Shown in pieces: positions 10,018-19,920 of a stretch of 64,000 nucleotides of DNA; within the stretch, counting starts at the first letter, position 1, and each line of letters starts with the position of its first letter. The stretch is taken from the NCBI GenBank assembly GCA_965261735.1, contig OZ253470.1, forward strand, positions 2,656,001 through 2,720,000, in the 5' to 3' direction. Position numbers and translations under genes: made by a program. The DNA comes from Alphaproteobacteria bacterium (GTDB taxonomy: Bacteria; Pseudomonadota; Alphaproteobacteria; SHVV01). The notes under the pieces were generated by a model. The model was not told where the DNA came from. It searched no databases and saw only the letters and a list, made by a program, of their open reading frames with translations.

Positions 10018-11122
10018 CTTGCATATCCGGTTAACACCCATGACCGCTACATGTAGGGTGCCGCCACTCTCCCGAGTAAAGCTCGGCATAGGTTGGAGCA
10101 GAGGTGTCGCCCGCGATGCCGAGCAATGAGCGGAAGGCGTTGAACGGGTAGAACCGCCTGTTGAAGCGGAAGGTGAACTCGTTGAGGTAGGCTTGTAGGT
10201 GCTGGTGGCTAACGCCGTGGTGGATACCGATCAGCCACGTCTTCAGGTTGGCGAAAACCAGATGGATGATCGGCAGGTATTGCTCGGCAACCTCTGGATC
10301 ACCACACTCGGCAACAGCGAAGTGCTCATAGCCGCGCTTACCGAGGCCAGCATAGCCGCTCCAATCGTCAGTAACGATCAGCGATCGCGGTGCGACGGTG
10401 CTCTCGACGAACCCACAGAGCGACTCGGCGCTACGGTCGAGCACGACGGCGAGCCGAACGCGTCCGGCATAGCGTCCGTCTTTCCGGTTGTCGAGCTTGG
10501 TGCCCGGCTTTCGATGACGCACCTCGATGGCACAGGAGACGGGAACCTTGTGGTGAACACCACGGCCTTCCCCACGCGTTCGCCCGCCAACCCAGGTTTC
10601 GTCCACCTCAACATGGTTCTTGGGCTGTCCACCGATCCTGTCTTGGTTGGGCCGCACCATGCCCGAGCGGAGCTTGTGGAGAATTTGAAAGGCCGTCTCG
10701 TAGCGCGAAAGACCAAGTTGCCGCTGAAACTGCACGGCGGACATGCCGGGCGTCTGACTGGCGACCAGATAAGCGGCCCAGAACCAGACGTTCAGCGGAG
10801 TGTGGCTACGCTCCATCACTGTTCCCACCGTCAGCCCGGTGTTCTGGCGGCACTTGCGGCAGCGCAGGACGCCAGGGCGGTTTTCAAAGTGGAACGGCTC
10901 TCCCGCCGTGCCGCAGTGCGGGCAGGCAAAGCCGTCTCCCCAGCGGGCTTTCTCCAGGTAGGCGGCGCAGGCCGCATCATCGGGGAAAAGTCGCTGGAAC
11001 TCGGGTAGCGAATGCGGGAATGGGAGATCGGCGCGGTCGAGAACATCCATGGCGCGCTCCCCTATATCCGGGTTGCGCCCATTCTAGCCCTAGTGGGTGT
11101 GGGTGTAAACCGGATAGGCAAG
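10018..11122 (-). mobile_element. IS1595-family element copy 2 (apparently intact, 1105 bp)
   Basis: Ends CTTGCATATCCGGTT / AACCGGATAGGCAAG. Confidence 0.92.
10031..11050 (-). CDS. IS1595-family transposase
   Basis: Zn-ribbon CPHC...CRKC, VEVDETW, IVTDDW, HHGVSHQHLQAYLNEFTFRFNRR. Confidence 0.93.
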   Translation of the reverse strand: MDVLDRADLPFPHSLPEFQRLFPDDAACAAYLEKARWGDGFACPHCGTAGEPFHFENRPGVLRCRKCRQNTGLTVGTVMERSHTPLNVWFWAAYLVASQTPGMSAVQFQRQLGLSRYETAFQILHKLRSGMVRPNQDRIGGQPKNHVEVDETWVGGRTRGEGRGVHHKVPVSCAIEVRHRKPGTKLDNRKDGRYAGRVRLAVVLDRSAESLCGFVESTVAPRSLIVTDDWSGYAGLGKRGYEHFAVAECGDPEVAEQYLPIIHLVFANLKTWLIGIHHGVSHQHLQAYLNEFTFRFNRRFYPFNAFRSLLGIAGDTSAPTYAELYSGEWRHPTCSGHGC

Positions 11123-11399
11123 GAAGCTTCATGCTCGACACGCCCTTGAGGCTGGTTAGGTGCAAGTAGATAGCAAAGACCCACTTGCGGAGAGGGATAT
11201 GCGACTTGTGCATCACTGTCCCGGTCTTGACCGAGAAGTAGCCGCGACAGTCCGAGCACCGATAGGGCATGTTGTTATGGCCGGCCTCGTGGGTGTGTGT
11301 GCTCCCACAGTGGGGGCAATGCCTACCGCTTGGCCAGACACGGGCCTCAAACCACTCGCGCGCGCTTCCCTCGGTGGGAAACATGTCGCAAAGCTGCAC
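11123..11399 (-). pseudogene. fragment of a different IS1595-family transposase (Zn-ribbon N-terminus)
   Basis: FPTEGSAREWFEARVWPSGRHCPHCGS...YRCSDCRGYFSVKTGTVM..SHIPLRKW...KGVSSMKL; cut on both sides by other IS. Confidence 0.85.
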
Positions 11400-11402
11400 T
11401 AG

Positions 11403-11794
11403 CAGGCTGCTGAAAAAGTCCTCGCCTTTGCAGTTGTGACATGATTCTGTGATTCCTTCGAGTGATGGAGGATGGCATGCGGGGTCGAGATCAAAGCAGT
11501 GGCAATTTATTCAGCTACGTAGACTTGGAAGAGCGTGTTCCGGATGATCATCCGCTGCGTCTGATCCGTGAGATCGTGAACGACGTATTGGGGTCTCTAT
11601 CTTCGGAGTTCGAGACGCTTTATTCCCACATGGGTCGCCCATCGATCCCGCCGGAGAAGCTTCTTCGAGCGTTACTGTTGCAGGCGTTTTATTCGATCCG
11701 CTCGGAGCGTCAGCTGATGGAGCAGCTAAACTTCAACATGCTGTTTTGCTGGTTTGTGGGGCTTGGGCTGGACGATGGCGTGTGGGACGCCAGC
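11403..11794 (+). mobile_element. IS5-family element left end with truncated transposase (ATG 11477)
   Basis: Left end CAGGCTGCTGAAAAAG after CTAG; LFSYVDLEERVP..HPLR, GRPSIPPEKLLRALLLQAFYSIRSERQLMEQL (DUF772-like); breaks off at about 11794. Confidence 0.85.
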
Positions 11795-12762
11795 GCACGC
11801 AGGAACATTGGCTCGTTGGGTGCTCGCCCTGCCGTCAGACGAACGAAGAACTCGTGTCCCTCATCGGTCAGCGCAATGTGGCGAGGCTTGCCGGTCTTGG
11901 TGAACCGAACGAGTAACGTGCGGCTTTCCGAATTGAGGTCCGACACCTCCATCGCGGTGAGCTCGCCGTACCGCGCGCCCGTGTACAAGGCAGCTCGTAC
12001 CGGGGCGCGAAAGTCAGGCCTGCATGCGTTGATAAGCCGCACCGCCTCATCCGTCGATAGGAACCGCACCCGCGGTGCATCGACATTCGCGAACGGCTTG
12101 ACCCGCCGCCAAGCCCCGTTGCTTACGGCGTGGCCTTCGCGGTACGCAAAGTTCAGCGTTGCCTTGAGCACGGTGAGCGCGCGGTTGGCAGTGGATCGCC
12201 GCCGGCGGATACCCTCGGGATCGCTGGGCTGACTTCGGTATCTCTGTGGCTGGCCTCGCCCGGTGCGCGTCTTGGGGGCCCGTTCTGCTAGGTGGGAATG
12301 CCATTTCCGGATTGTCCCTGCGTCGAGCGTCGAAAGCTCGATCTCGCCGATGGTGGGGATGATCTCGCACTCGGCTACCCGTTGGGTCTCCTGGAAAGCC
12401 CTTGTGTGGCTCACGTCGCCGTCCAGGTAGTGACGAACGGCATCGCCTACTGAGTAGGGCCCCCGAGCAGCAGGGCTTGTCTGCGCCTCGCACCAGGCGC
12501 GTGCACCGTCAAGTGCCTGGGAGTAATCGAGGATGGCTGTGCCATCGGCCTCGAGTGCGTCGTCAGCGGATCCCAGTGCTTTGGTCACGTAGGAGCGGTT
12601 GGGCTTCCTCCAGCGAACGATCCATGTGCCGCCGTCCGCGCCCTTCCGATAGCCGAGGTGCGCGCCGCGGTCGATGGCACGCCAGTAAGGGGCCTTGCGT
12701 GGCGGGAGTTTCGACCGCGCGTTTCGCGTTGTAATAACCGCCTCGTTGACGTGGCGCCCCAT
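11795..12762 (-). pseudogene. tyrosine recombinase/integrase, C-terminally truncated
   Basis: Arm-binding N-terminus (PYWRAIDRGAHLGYRKG...GTWIVRW), RFLS..E..RL, AALYTGARYGEL, TKTGKPR. The HxxR and catalytic Tyr region is lost at the IS5 junction. Confidence 0.88.
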
Positions 12763-12773
12763 CGACTGGCTCA

Positions 12774-12792
12774 GTCTCCACTATTTCTCTAC
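12774..12792 (+). repeat. putative integrase arm-type site (GTCTCCACTATTTCTCTAC)
   Basis: 19-bp direct repeat, one mismatch, with 14633-14651; internal ~11-bp tandem unit TCTC(C/T)ACTA; lies between int and the att core. Confidence 0.65.
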
Positions 12793-12936
12793 TATATTCC
12801 CACGAACAGCGGTGGACAAGGCGAGCAATAAAGGACTAAAAACCAAGGGAACGGCCGGTTTTGTTTGTTCGTGGAAGTGCGTTAAAGTGCGCTTTTCCGC
12901 CCTCTCACGGCGAAAACAGGGGTTCGATTCCCCTAG

Positions 12937-14583
12937 GAGCGTGCGCCGCAGAAAGGTCCGCGCGGCAAAGTTGATAGCGGACGGGTTGTGGGTGGATTTG
13001 CGCAGGGGGAAGTATGATCCGATACGCCAGTTGCGTGTGGGAACTCCCGATGCCGACCACGTTTCGTGCCTACCAGCCGGACCAACCCTTGCTTTTGCCG
13101 CCGGACTTGCAGGAGTGGGTTTCCCCAGGGCACCTGGCTCATCACGTCAGCGATGTGGTCGATGCACTGGACTTGACGGCGTTCTATGCGCCCTACGAGG
13201 GGGACGGTCGACGCAACGCCCCCTACGAGCCGTCGATGATGGTCAAGGTGCTGATCTATGCCTACGCGACGGGCACATTCTCCTCGCGCGCGGTGGCGAG
13301 GAAGCTGGAGGAGGATGTAGCGTTTAGGATGCTCGCGGCGGGCAACTTCCCGCAACATCGCACGGTATGTGAGTTCCGACGCCGACATCTGGCGGAGTTC
13401 AGCGAGCTGTTTGTGGGGGTGGTGCAGGTGGCGCGCGAGATGGGACTGGCGCGGTTCGGCAAGCTCTCGGTCGACGGGACGAAGGTGCGAGCGAACGCGA
13501 GCAAGCGCAAGGCGATGAGCTATGAGCGGATGGGCAAAGAGGCGGCTCGCTTGCAGGCGGAGATCGAGGCGCTGCTGACGACGGCGGGGATGGTGGACGC
13601 CGAAGAAGACGAGCGTTGGGGCGAGGATTTCCGGGGCGACGAGTTGCCCGAGGAGTTGCAACGCAGGGAGAAGCGCCTGGCGGCGATCCAGGCAGCCAAA
13701 GCGCGTTTGGAGGCGGCGCAACGCGGGCGCGACGATGAGCGCGGGCGCGAGCCGGGGCAGGACCGCAATCCCCGGGGCGGGCGGCCTTACAAGCGGGCCT
13801 ACGGCGAGCCCGAGCCGAAGGCGCAGAGCAATTTCACCGATCCCGAGAGCCAGATCATGAAGACCAGCAGCGAGGGGTTCCAGCAGTGCTACAACGCGCA
13901 GATGGCGGTCGATGGGGAGCACCAGATCATCGTCGCGACTCAGGTGGGGCCACAGGCCAGCGACCAGGGTCAGCTGGTGGGGATGCTCGACGAGATCAAC
14001 GAGACGTTTGGGGTCGAGCCTGCGGTGGTACTGGCCGATGCGGGCTACTGCAACGAGCCGGATCTGTTGGAGCTGGAAGATCGCGGCATCGACGCGCACG
14101 TAGCGCTGGGGCGTGAAGGCAAGTCCCAGGTGGCGGTCGACCCGGCCCGGCTCCCTGCCACGCACCGCATGGGTGAGAAACTGGCGAGCCCCGCGGGCAA
14201 AGCCCGGTACGCGCAACGCAAGTGGCTCTCGGAGGCGCCGAACGGGTGGATCAAGGAGGTGCTCGGATTCCGACGATTCAGCCTGCGAGGCTTGGCGAAG
14301 GTGCGCGGCGAGTGGGACCTCGTGTGCTTGGCGTTGAACATCAAGCGGATGGGGACGGTGGCCACGTGCTGAGGCAGGTGCTGGCCTGCCAACGCACTTG
14401 ATCCGGGGCGCGCAGTGCCCATCGACCGCGTATGAAACGCGAATCTCTTCCCTTCCGGCCTTCCGGTCTGGGATTTCCATCCCAGAGTCGGGCGGGCCAG
14501 ATATCCACACTCGGGCCAAAATCCCACCTCTCCGGCGGCCGCGCGCCAATCGCCCAACATCAAAACTTCTACGGCGCACGCTC
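12937..14583 (+). mobile_element. IS1182-family insertion sequence (1647 bp)
   Basis: 17-bp TIR GAGCGTGCGCCG(C/T)AGAA; CTAG duplication at 12933-12936 and 14584-14587. Confidence 0.92.
13050..14372 (+). CDS. IS1182-family transposase
   Basis: LLPPDL.EW...HLA, PYEP.MMVKVLIYAYATG.FSSR, VDGTKVRANAS, FTDPES.IMK, YNAQ, ADAGY, E..NGWIK..LGFRRFSLRG. Confidence 0.92.
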   Translation: MPTTFRAYQPDQPLLLPPDLQEWVSPGHLAHHVSDVVDALDLTAFYAPYEGDGRRNAPYEPSMMVKVLIYAYATGTFSSRAVARKLEEDVAFRMLAAGNFPQHRTVCEFRRRHLAEFSELFVGVVQVAREMGLARFGKLSVDGTKVRANASKRKAMSYERMGKEAARLQAEIEALLTTAGMVDAEEDERWGEDFRGDELPEELQRREKRLAAIQAAKARLEAAQRGRDDERGREPGQDRNPRGGRPYKRAYGEPEPKAQSNFTDPESQIMKTSSEGFQQCYNAQMAVDGEHQIIVATQVGPQASDQGQLVGMLDEINETFGVEPAVVLADAGYCNEPDLLELEDRGIDAHVALGREGKSQVAVDPARLPATHRMGEKLASPAGKARYAQRKWLSEAPNGWIKEVLGFRRFSLRGLAKVRGEWDLVCLALNIKRMGTVATC

Positions 14584-14632
14584 CTAGGGGACGCCAGTCC
14601 TTGTTTGAGCGCGCTAGCGCTTTGCGGCGTGG

Positions 14633-14651
14633 GTCTCCACTACTTCTCTAC
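14633..14651 (+). repeat. putative integrase arm-type site (GTCTCCACTACTTCTCTAC)
   Basis: Second copy of the 12774-12792 repeat, on the other side of the att core. Confidence 0.65.
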
Positions 14652-14672
14652 GACGCGCCGTTTGGCCCTCCC

Positions 14673-15803
14673 TCAGGCCGAGCGCAGCCGATCGAGCAGC
14701 CAGTCGACCTGATAGGGCAGCACCTCGGCCCAATTGTCGACGCTGATGTGCTCGGCGCCGCCTTCCGCCTCGTCGTAGAGACGCAGCTCCTTATCGGCCA
14801 CTTCCAGCTCCTCGTAAGCGCGGCGCGCCGAGGCGACGGGCACCATGCGGTCACGTACGCCGTGGGTGATAAGGACGGGGCAGCGCACCTGCCCGAGCAC
14901 ACCCTCGAGGCTGAACGCCGCGTATATGGCACGCGCCTGGGCGTCGTCTTCGGCGCCGGCGATCCACCGCAACTGACCGCGCAGCGGCGGGTAATGCGCG
15001 TAGATGTCGTCGCACACGCTGTACAGCGCCCCCCATGCGACGCATGCCGCGATGCGGTGCTCGAAGGCGACCGCGCGCAGCGCGTAGTAGCCCGCCATGC
15101 TGACGCCGAGGAGGCCGATTTGGTCGTGATCGATGTCGGCTCGCGTCGCCAGGTAGTCGAGCGCCGCCGCCACGGGGCGCTCGTAATCGGCGACGGTGGG
15201 CAGGCCAAGAAGGCGGATGGTGCTGCCCTGCCCGGGGCCATTGAAGACGAGGCAGGCGGCACCGCGGGCGGTGATGACGCGGACACCGCGAAAGAAGTTC
15301 TCCTCGGGCAGGGCATCGGCGCCGCTGAGGAAGATGACGCATGGCGCCGGCCCCGCGGCGGCGCGGGCTTCGGGTGGGAAGAAATAGCCGGCGAGCCGAT
15401 GGCCCTCGTAGGCGATGCTCACGGCCTCAAAGGGGTGGCGCGATGCAGCGAGCCCGCGTTCGAAGCAGGCGATGGCCTGGCGATAGAGAGAGAGCTTGCG
15501 CGCATCCTGTGCCGGCAACGCGCTCTCGGCCGTACGGAAATAGGTGAAGGCGCGGAAGAAGGCCTCGCTCGCGGTCGCCTCGTGGCCCTCGGCGCGGGCG
15601 CCATCGGCCACGGCCCGCGCGCGATCGCCGCGCCGCGCGAACGCCGCCTGCCAATCCTCGCGGTTGCCCGCGCGGATGCCGGAAGCTACCGCCAGCAGCT
15701 CATTGACGTCGGCGCCCCCCTGCATGGCCTCGGCCAGCAGCATGACCAGGATGGTCGAGAAGTCGAAGGCCTCTGGCGTACCGTCATTCCAGTAGCGGAA
15801 CAT
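14673..15803 (-). CDS. alpha/beta hydrolase, S9 / 2,6-dihydropseudooxynicotine hydrolase-like
   Basis: SGADALPEE, NGPGQG, GVSMAGYY nucleophile, HG..D..VP, GGAEH. Confidence 0.85.
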   Translation of the reverse strand: MFRYWNDGTPEAFDFSTILVMLLAEAMQGGADVNELLAVASGIRAGNREDWQAAFARRGDRARAVADGARAEGHEATASEAFFRAFTYFRTAESALPAQDARKLSLYRQAIACFERGLAASRHPFEAVSIAYEGHRLAGYFFPPEARAAAGPAPCVIFLSGADALPEENFFRGVRVITARGAACLVFNGPGQGSTIRLLGLPTVADYERPVAAALDYLATRADIDHDQIGLLGVSMAGYYALRAVAFEHRIAACVAWGALYSVCDDIYAHYPPLRGQLRWIAGAEDDAQARAIYAAFSLEGVLGQVRCPVLITHGVRDRMVPVASARRAYEELEVADKELRLYDEAEGGAEHISVDNWAEVLPYQVDWLLDRLRSA

Positions 15804-15898
15804 GGCGGGCCTCCTTCTGCTCGGCCGCTTTCGCGCCGGCCGCCCCCGGGGCACGCCCGCGCCGCCGATGTGTCACGACGCGCGGGACCGGCCGCGAT

Positions 15899-16786
15899 TC
15901 ACACTACGTTGAAGTGGTCGGGGACGCCGGCCGGCCATACGTCGCCCCAAAGCTGCATGCCGCCGTCGATGGCCAGCACCTCCCCGGTGACGAATTGGCC
16001 GCTGCCGGCCGATAGGTACACCACGCCTTGGGCGACGTCCCAACCCTCGCCCAAGCGGCGCATTGGATTGCTGTCCTGAAATCGCGCGGTCGCCTCGGGC
16101 GCGTAGAATTTTAGCCCTTCCGAAGCGATCGAACCGGGCGCGAGGCAGTTCGCCCGAATGTTCAGCGGCGCCCACTCCACGGCCACCGTCTTGGTCAGGC
16201 CGATGACGCCCGCGCGCGCCGCGCAGGTATGCGCGACCTGCGGCATGCCCCGCGTGACGACCGCGACGATGTTGACGATGTTTCCGGGCTCGGCCCGGTC
16301 GCGCCAACGCCGCGCGGCGCCCTGCATCATGTACCAGGTTCCGTTCAGGTTGAGGTCGATGACGGCGTGCCACCCCTTGTGGCTGAAATCGATCGCATCC
16401 TGAGCGAATTGGCCGCCTGCGTTGTTGACGAGCGTATCCAACCGACCAAAACGCTCCCAGGTTTCGTCGAGCACGCGATCCACCGCTTCCGGGTCGCGGA
16501 TCGACATGGGTATGGGGGTGACGCGCGCTCCGACGATCCCGGCCGCCTCGTCGGCAGCCTCCCGCAGGCGCTCCTCGCGGCGCCCACAGATGACGACCTG
16601 CGCGCCGAGCCGCGCCAGCAGGAACGTGGTCACGCGCCCCAGTCCGGTGCCGCCACCCGACACGATGAAGACCTGACCGTCGAGGAGATCGGGCCGGAAC
16701 ACGGTCGGGACGCGGGCCAGCTCCGCCATCGTGTGCTCGAGCTTGACGCCCGCGCCGCCCTCGCTCGGAGTCGATGCCTTACCCAT
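15899..16786 (-). CDS. SDR oxidoreductase (2,4-dienoyl-CoA/trans-2-enoyl-CoA reductase-like)
   Basis: SGGGTGLG, NNAGGQF, AHTCAARAGV, IDGG. Confidence 0.88.
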   Translation of the reverse strand: MGKASTPSEGGAGVKLEHTMAELARVPTVFRPDLLDGQVFIVSGGGTGLGRVTTFLLARLGAQVVICGRREERLREAADEAAGIVGARVTPIPMSIRDPEAVDRVLDETWERFGRLDTLVNNAGGQFAQDAIDFSHKGWHAVIDLNLNGTWYMMQGAARRWRDRAEPGNIVNIVAVVTRGMPQVAHTCAARAGVIGLTKTVAVEWAPLNIRANCLAPGSIASEGLKFYAPEATARFQDSNPMRRLGEGWDVAQGVVYLSAGSGQFVTGEVLAIDGGMQLWGDVWPAGVPDHFNVV

Positions 16787-17151
16787 GGTCCGGGTCTGTC
16801 CTCATCACCGCTACAGTTGGGTCGATTCGCGTCGCCGCCGCAGTTTTACCGTTCGCGACCGCGAGTGCCAGGCATTCACCGCCAGAGTCCACGAAACCTG
16901 AGCTGTCATGGTTTCAGATGGCGCCGACATGCCCCATTCGGGAGCGCCGGGAGCCGCTAGTGACGACGCTATTACTTGTATAAAGAATCCGCAAAACAGT
17001 ATATGGGTGAGCGCCTTGTGTGCAACGGGCGAGCCCGTTTCAGGAGCCCGGACCGCCGGACAAGCCAACATGCAGGGGCCACGCCCCTCTCGTTCCCCTG
17101 TACCAACCTACAAAAGAAACTCATCCCGGCCAATGACAGGAGGAAGACCCA

Positions 17152-18174
17152 ATGCTGACAGCACGGCCCACTGAAATAGCTGCTCGTGGAAGCAGGTGGT
17201 ATGGCGCCGCCATCGTCGCCGCCATCGGCTTTGCCGCATTCCTGCTCGCAGATGGTTCAGCCCATGCGCAATCGGCGAAACTAGGCTCGCCGACCCCGAT
17301 CAAGATGCTCTCTGTGCCTTACTTTTCGCCCGAGCTGATCGCGCAGGACAGGGGTTTCTTCAAGAAGTACAACCTTGAGGTCGAGTTCGTTAAACAGGTG
17401 GCCCAGGGCACGGCAGGAATCCCCGCGATCGTCGCCAACCACGTACAGACGGGTCAGGGGTTCGGCGCGCCGCCCATCATCCAGGCCTTGGCCGGCGGCG
17501 CGGAAGTGACGGCTATATTTGCCGGGATCGTTTCGACCGATGGCGACTTCCGGCTCTATGCGCTGGCCGACAGCGGTATCAAGACCGCGCAGGACGTCGT
17601 CGGGAAGACCGTCGGCATCCACAATTTCGGCTCGTACGCCGACTATGCGCTGCGCGGCTTCGTGCATAAGAGCGGTATTGGGATCGATCAGGTGAAGCGC
17701 TTGACGGTGCCGCTGCCGACGATGTGCCAGGCGCTGCTGTCCAAACAAGTCGACATTGTCGCGATGTACAGCCTCTTTTACATCCCTTGCGTGAGACAGA
17801 ATCCGGACAAGCTGCACCTCCTCGCCAAGGACAACGAGGGCCTCCCGGCTTCGGCCTTCCTGTACTCGGCCTATGTCTTCAGCAACGACTACATCAAGGA
17901 ACGGCCCGATGTGGTGCGCGCCTTCGTCGCGGCGCTCAATGACGCAACCGGTTTCGTTCAGGGCAACCCTGACGCGGCCAAGGAGATCATCTCCAAGAAC
18001 ACCGGCATTTCAGCCGATCTCCTGACCGTCCCCACGTTCGCCAAGGGTGGCTGCGTGAGTACCAAGGCGGCATCGGACTGGGTTAAGGTGCTGACGGAAT
18101 TCGACGCGATCAAGGCCGGCAGCGTCGATTCGACCGGGTGGGTATCAAACAGCTTCAACCCGAACTGCTCGTAG
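17152..18174 (+). CDS. ABC transporter substrate-binding protein (SsuA/THI5/NitT-like)
   Basis: Signal peptide ending AHA; IAQDRGFFKKYNLEVEF, SGIKT..D..GKTVG, PDVVRAFV.A. Confidence 0.85.
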   Translation: MLTARPTEIAARGSRWYGAAIVAAIGFAAFLLADGSAHAQSAKLGSPTPIKMLSVPYFSPELIAQDRGFFKKYNLEVEFVKQVAQGTAGIPAIVANHVQTGQGFGAPPIIQALAGGAEVTAIFAGIVSTDGDFRLYALADSGIKTAQDVVGKTVGIHNFGSYADYALRGFVHKSGIGIDQVKRLTVPLPTMCQALLSKQVDIVAMYSLFYIPCVRQNPDKLHLLAKDNEGLPASAFLYSAYVFSNDYIKERPDVVRAFVAALNDATGFVQGNPDAAKEIISKNTGISADLLTVPTFAKGGCVSTKAASDWVKVLTEFDAIKAGSVDSTGWVSNSFNPNCS

Positions 18175-18211
18175 GAGTCGAGGCAGTCACTTCGGGCTGA
18201 GGAGTGGCAGG

Positions 18212-19087
18212 ATGCCCGGCGCCGGCACCCTTACCGAGGAGCGACGGGCGGCCGACGGAGCCGGGGCCACCGGCCCCCGGCCCGCCGGCGCGCCCCGCGA
18301 ACGCCGGCCCGCACCAGCGACGGCGTCGGCGCGCCGGGGCCGGGCGCTTCTCGTGTCGGCCGTTCCGATCGTGTGCCTATTTCTGCTGTGGGAGCTCACC
18401 TCGCGGGCCGGCTGGCTCAACGCGACGCTCCTCACTCCGCCGTCCCGCGCCCTCTACGAGGTGTGGAACTACGTCATAACCGGTGCGATCCTTCCCCATC
18501 TCGAGGCGAGCCTGAAGCGCGGGGGTGCGGGGCTGGCGATCGCCATCGCGGTCGGAATCCCGCTCGGCCTGTTCATCGGGTCGGTCAAGGCGGTCTCGCG
18601 TGCGGCCTCCCCGGTGATCGAGTTCCTGCGCCAGTTGCCGCCGCTCGCCATGCTGCCCGTGTTCCTGCTTTTTCTCGGCCTAGGCTTCCGCGCTCAAGTA
18701 GCGATCGTGATATGGGCGGCGATCTGGCCGATTTTGCTCAATACGATCACCGGCGCCCGCGGTGTCGATGTGCGGCTCATCAAGGCGGCGCATACCCTTG
18801 GTGCGAGCCGGCGCGACGTGTTCCTGAAGGTCGCCCTTCCGGCGGCCCTGCCGATGACGATGACGGGGATCCGCTTGGGGGCTTCCTACGCCTTTCTCGT
18901 GCTCGTCGCGGCCGAGATGGTCGGCGCGGACTCGGGCCTCGGTTTCCTCATCCTCAACAACCAGTACACCTTCCGCATCCCACAAATGTATGCCGCCATC
19001 CTCATCCTCGCGGCCCTCGGCGTGGCTCTCAACTACAGCCTTATGTTTCTCGAGCGCCGGTTGACGCCGTGGCAAGGTTACACATGA
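18212..19087 (+). CDS. ABC transporter permease (SsuC/TauC-like)
   Basis: LPPLAMLP, EAA-like LIKAAHTLGAS, LVAAEMVGA..GLG. Confidence 0.9.
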   Translation: MPGAGTLTEERRAADGAGATGPRPAGAPRERRPAPATASARRGRALLVSAVPIVCLFLLWELTSRAGWLNATLLTPPSRALYEVWNYVITGAILPHLEASLKRGGAGLAIAIAVGIPLGLFIGSVKAVSRAASPVIEFLRQLPPLAMLPVFLLFLGLGFRAQVAIVIWAAIWPILLNTITGARGVDVRLIKAAHTLGASRRDVFLKVALPAALPMTMTGIRLGASYAFLVLVAAEMVGADSGLGFLILNNQYTFRIPQMYAAILILAALGVALNYSLMFLERRLTPWQGYT

Positions 19088-19920
19088 GTACGGGCGCGGC
19101 CGAGGGGGCTCCGGCGACGGCACGGCCCGCTGCAGCCACCGCGGCGCCGAAAATCGTGGTCGAGGGCGTCGCCAAGGAATTCACGACCGCCACCGGCGAG
19201 ACGTTCGTCGCCCTCGACAACATCGAACTCACGGTCGGGCTGCATGAGCTCGTCAGCCTCGTCGGGCCGAGCGGTTGCGGCAAGACCACGCTGCTCGAGA
19301 TTCTCGCCGGGCTACAGTTCCCGACCCACGGGCGCGTCCTCATGGACGGCGCCGAGATCAAGCGGCCGGGACCGGACCGGACCGTGGTGTTTCAGCATTT
19401 CGCGCTTTTTCCCTGGCGCACGGTCGTGGCCAACGTGGAGTTCCCGATGGAGGCCGCGCGGGTCGGACGCGCCGAGAGGCGGGCGCGCGCCCTCGAGTAC
19501 CTCGGCATGGTCGGCCTCGAGGGCTTCGGAGATCGCCATATCTGGCAGCTCTCGGGCGGGATGCAGCAACGCGTGGCGCTCGCCCGGGGGATGGCGTGCA
19601 CACCGGAAGTGATGCTGATGGACGAGCCCTTCAGCGGCGCCGACGCGATCACGCGCGAGCTGCTCCAGGACCAGCTCGCACGGCTGCGCCGGGCGACGCG
19701 CCAGACCATCGTCTTCGTCACGCATAGCGTTGACGAGGCGATCCGCCTGTCGGACCGGATCGTGGTCATGGGAACCAGGCCCGGACGCGTCGTCGACGTG
19801 TTCGACGTCGACGACGAAAGCCGCGCGCACGCCGACAGAACGGCCGAGCTGCGCGACGCCGTCTGGGCGCTGCTGAGGCAGGAGATCGTGCCCCTCGTGG
19901 ACGCCGCCGAGGCGCCATGA
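19084..19920 (+). CDS. ABC transporter ATP-binding protein (SsuB/TauB-like)
   Basis: GPSGCGKTT, LSGGMQQR, DEPF, VTHS; ATG 19084 overlaps the permease stop. Confidence 0.92.
   Translation: MSTGAAEGAPATARPAAATAAPKIVVEGVAKEFTTATGETFVALDNIELTVGLHELVSLVGPSGCGKTTLLEILAGLQFPTHGRVLMDGAEIKRPGPDRTVVFQHFALFPWRTVVANVEFPMEAARVGRAERRARALEYLGMVGLEGFGDRHIWQLSGGMQQRVALARGMACTPEVMLMDEPFSGADAITRELLQDQLARLRRATRQTIVFVTHSVDEAIRLSDRIVVMGTRPGRVVDVFDVDDESRAHADRTAELRDAVWALLRQEIVPLVDAAEAP

Larger units (their letters stand above)
12898..14596 (+). other. att core: 3' half of tRNA-Glu(CUC), split by IS1182 (12898-12936 plus 14588-14596)
   Basis: Removing the IS gives CGCC-CTCTCAC-GGCG AAAACAGGGGTTCGATTCCCCTAGGGGACGCCA: anticodon arm with CTC, T-arm GGTTCGATTCC, CCA end. 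The 5' half of the tRNA is absent. Confidence 0.88.

Noticed and set aside
11462-12232. 256-aa ORF as a full IS5 transposase, and 11710-12762 as a full integrase
   Set aside because: Both are chimeric read-throughs across a deletion junction near 11794; each runs into the antisense of the other.
12898-12936. Functional tRNA-Glu gene
   Set aside because: Only the anticodon arm to the 3' end is present. The D-arm and 5' acceptor strand are missing and the remainder is IS-interrupted, so it is treated as an att core.
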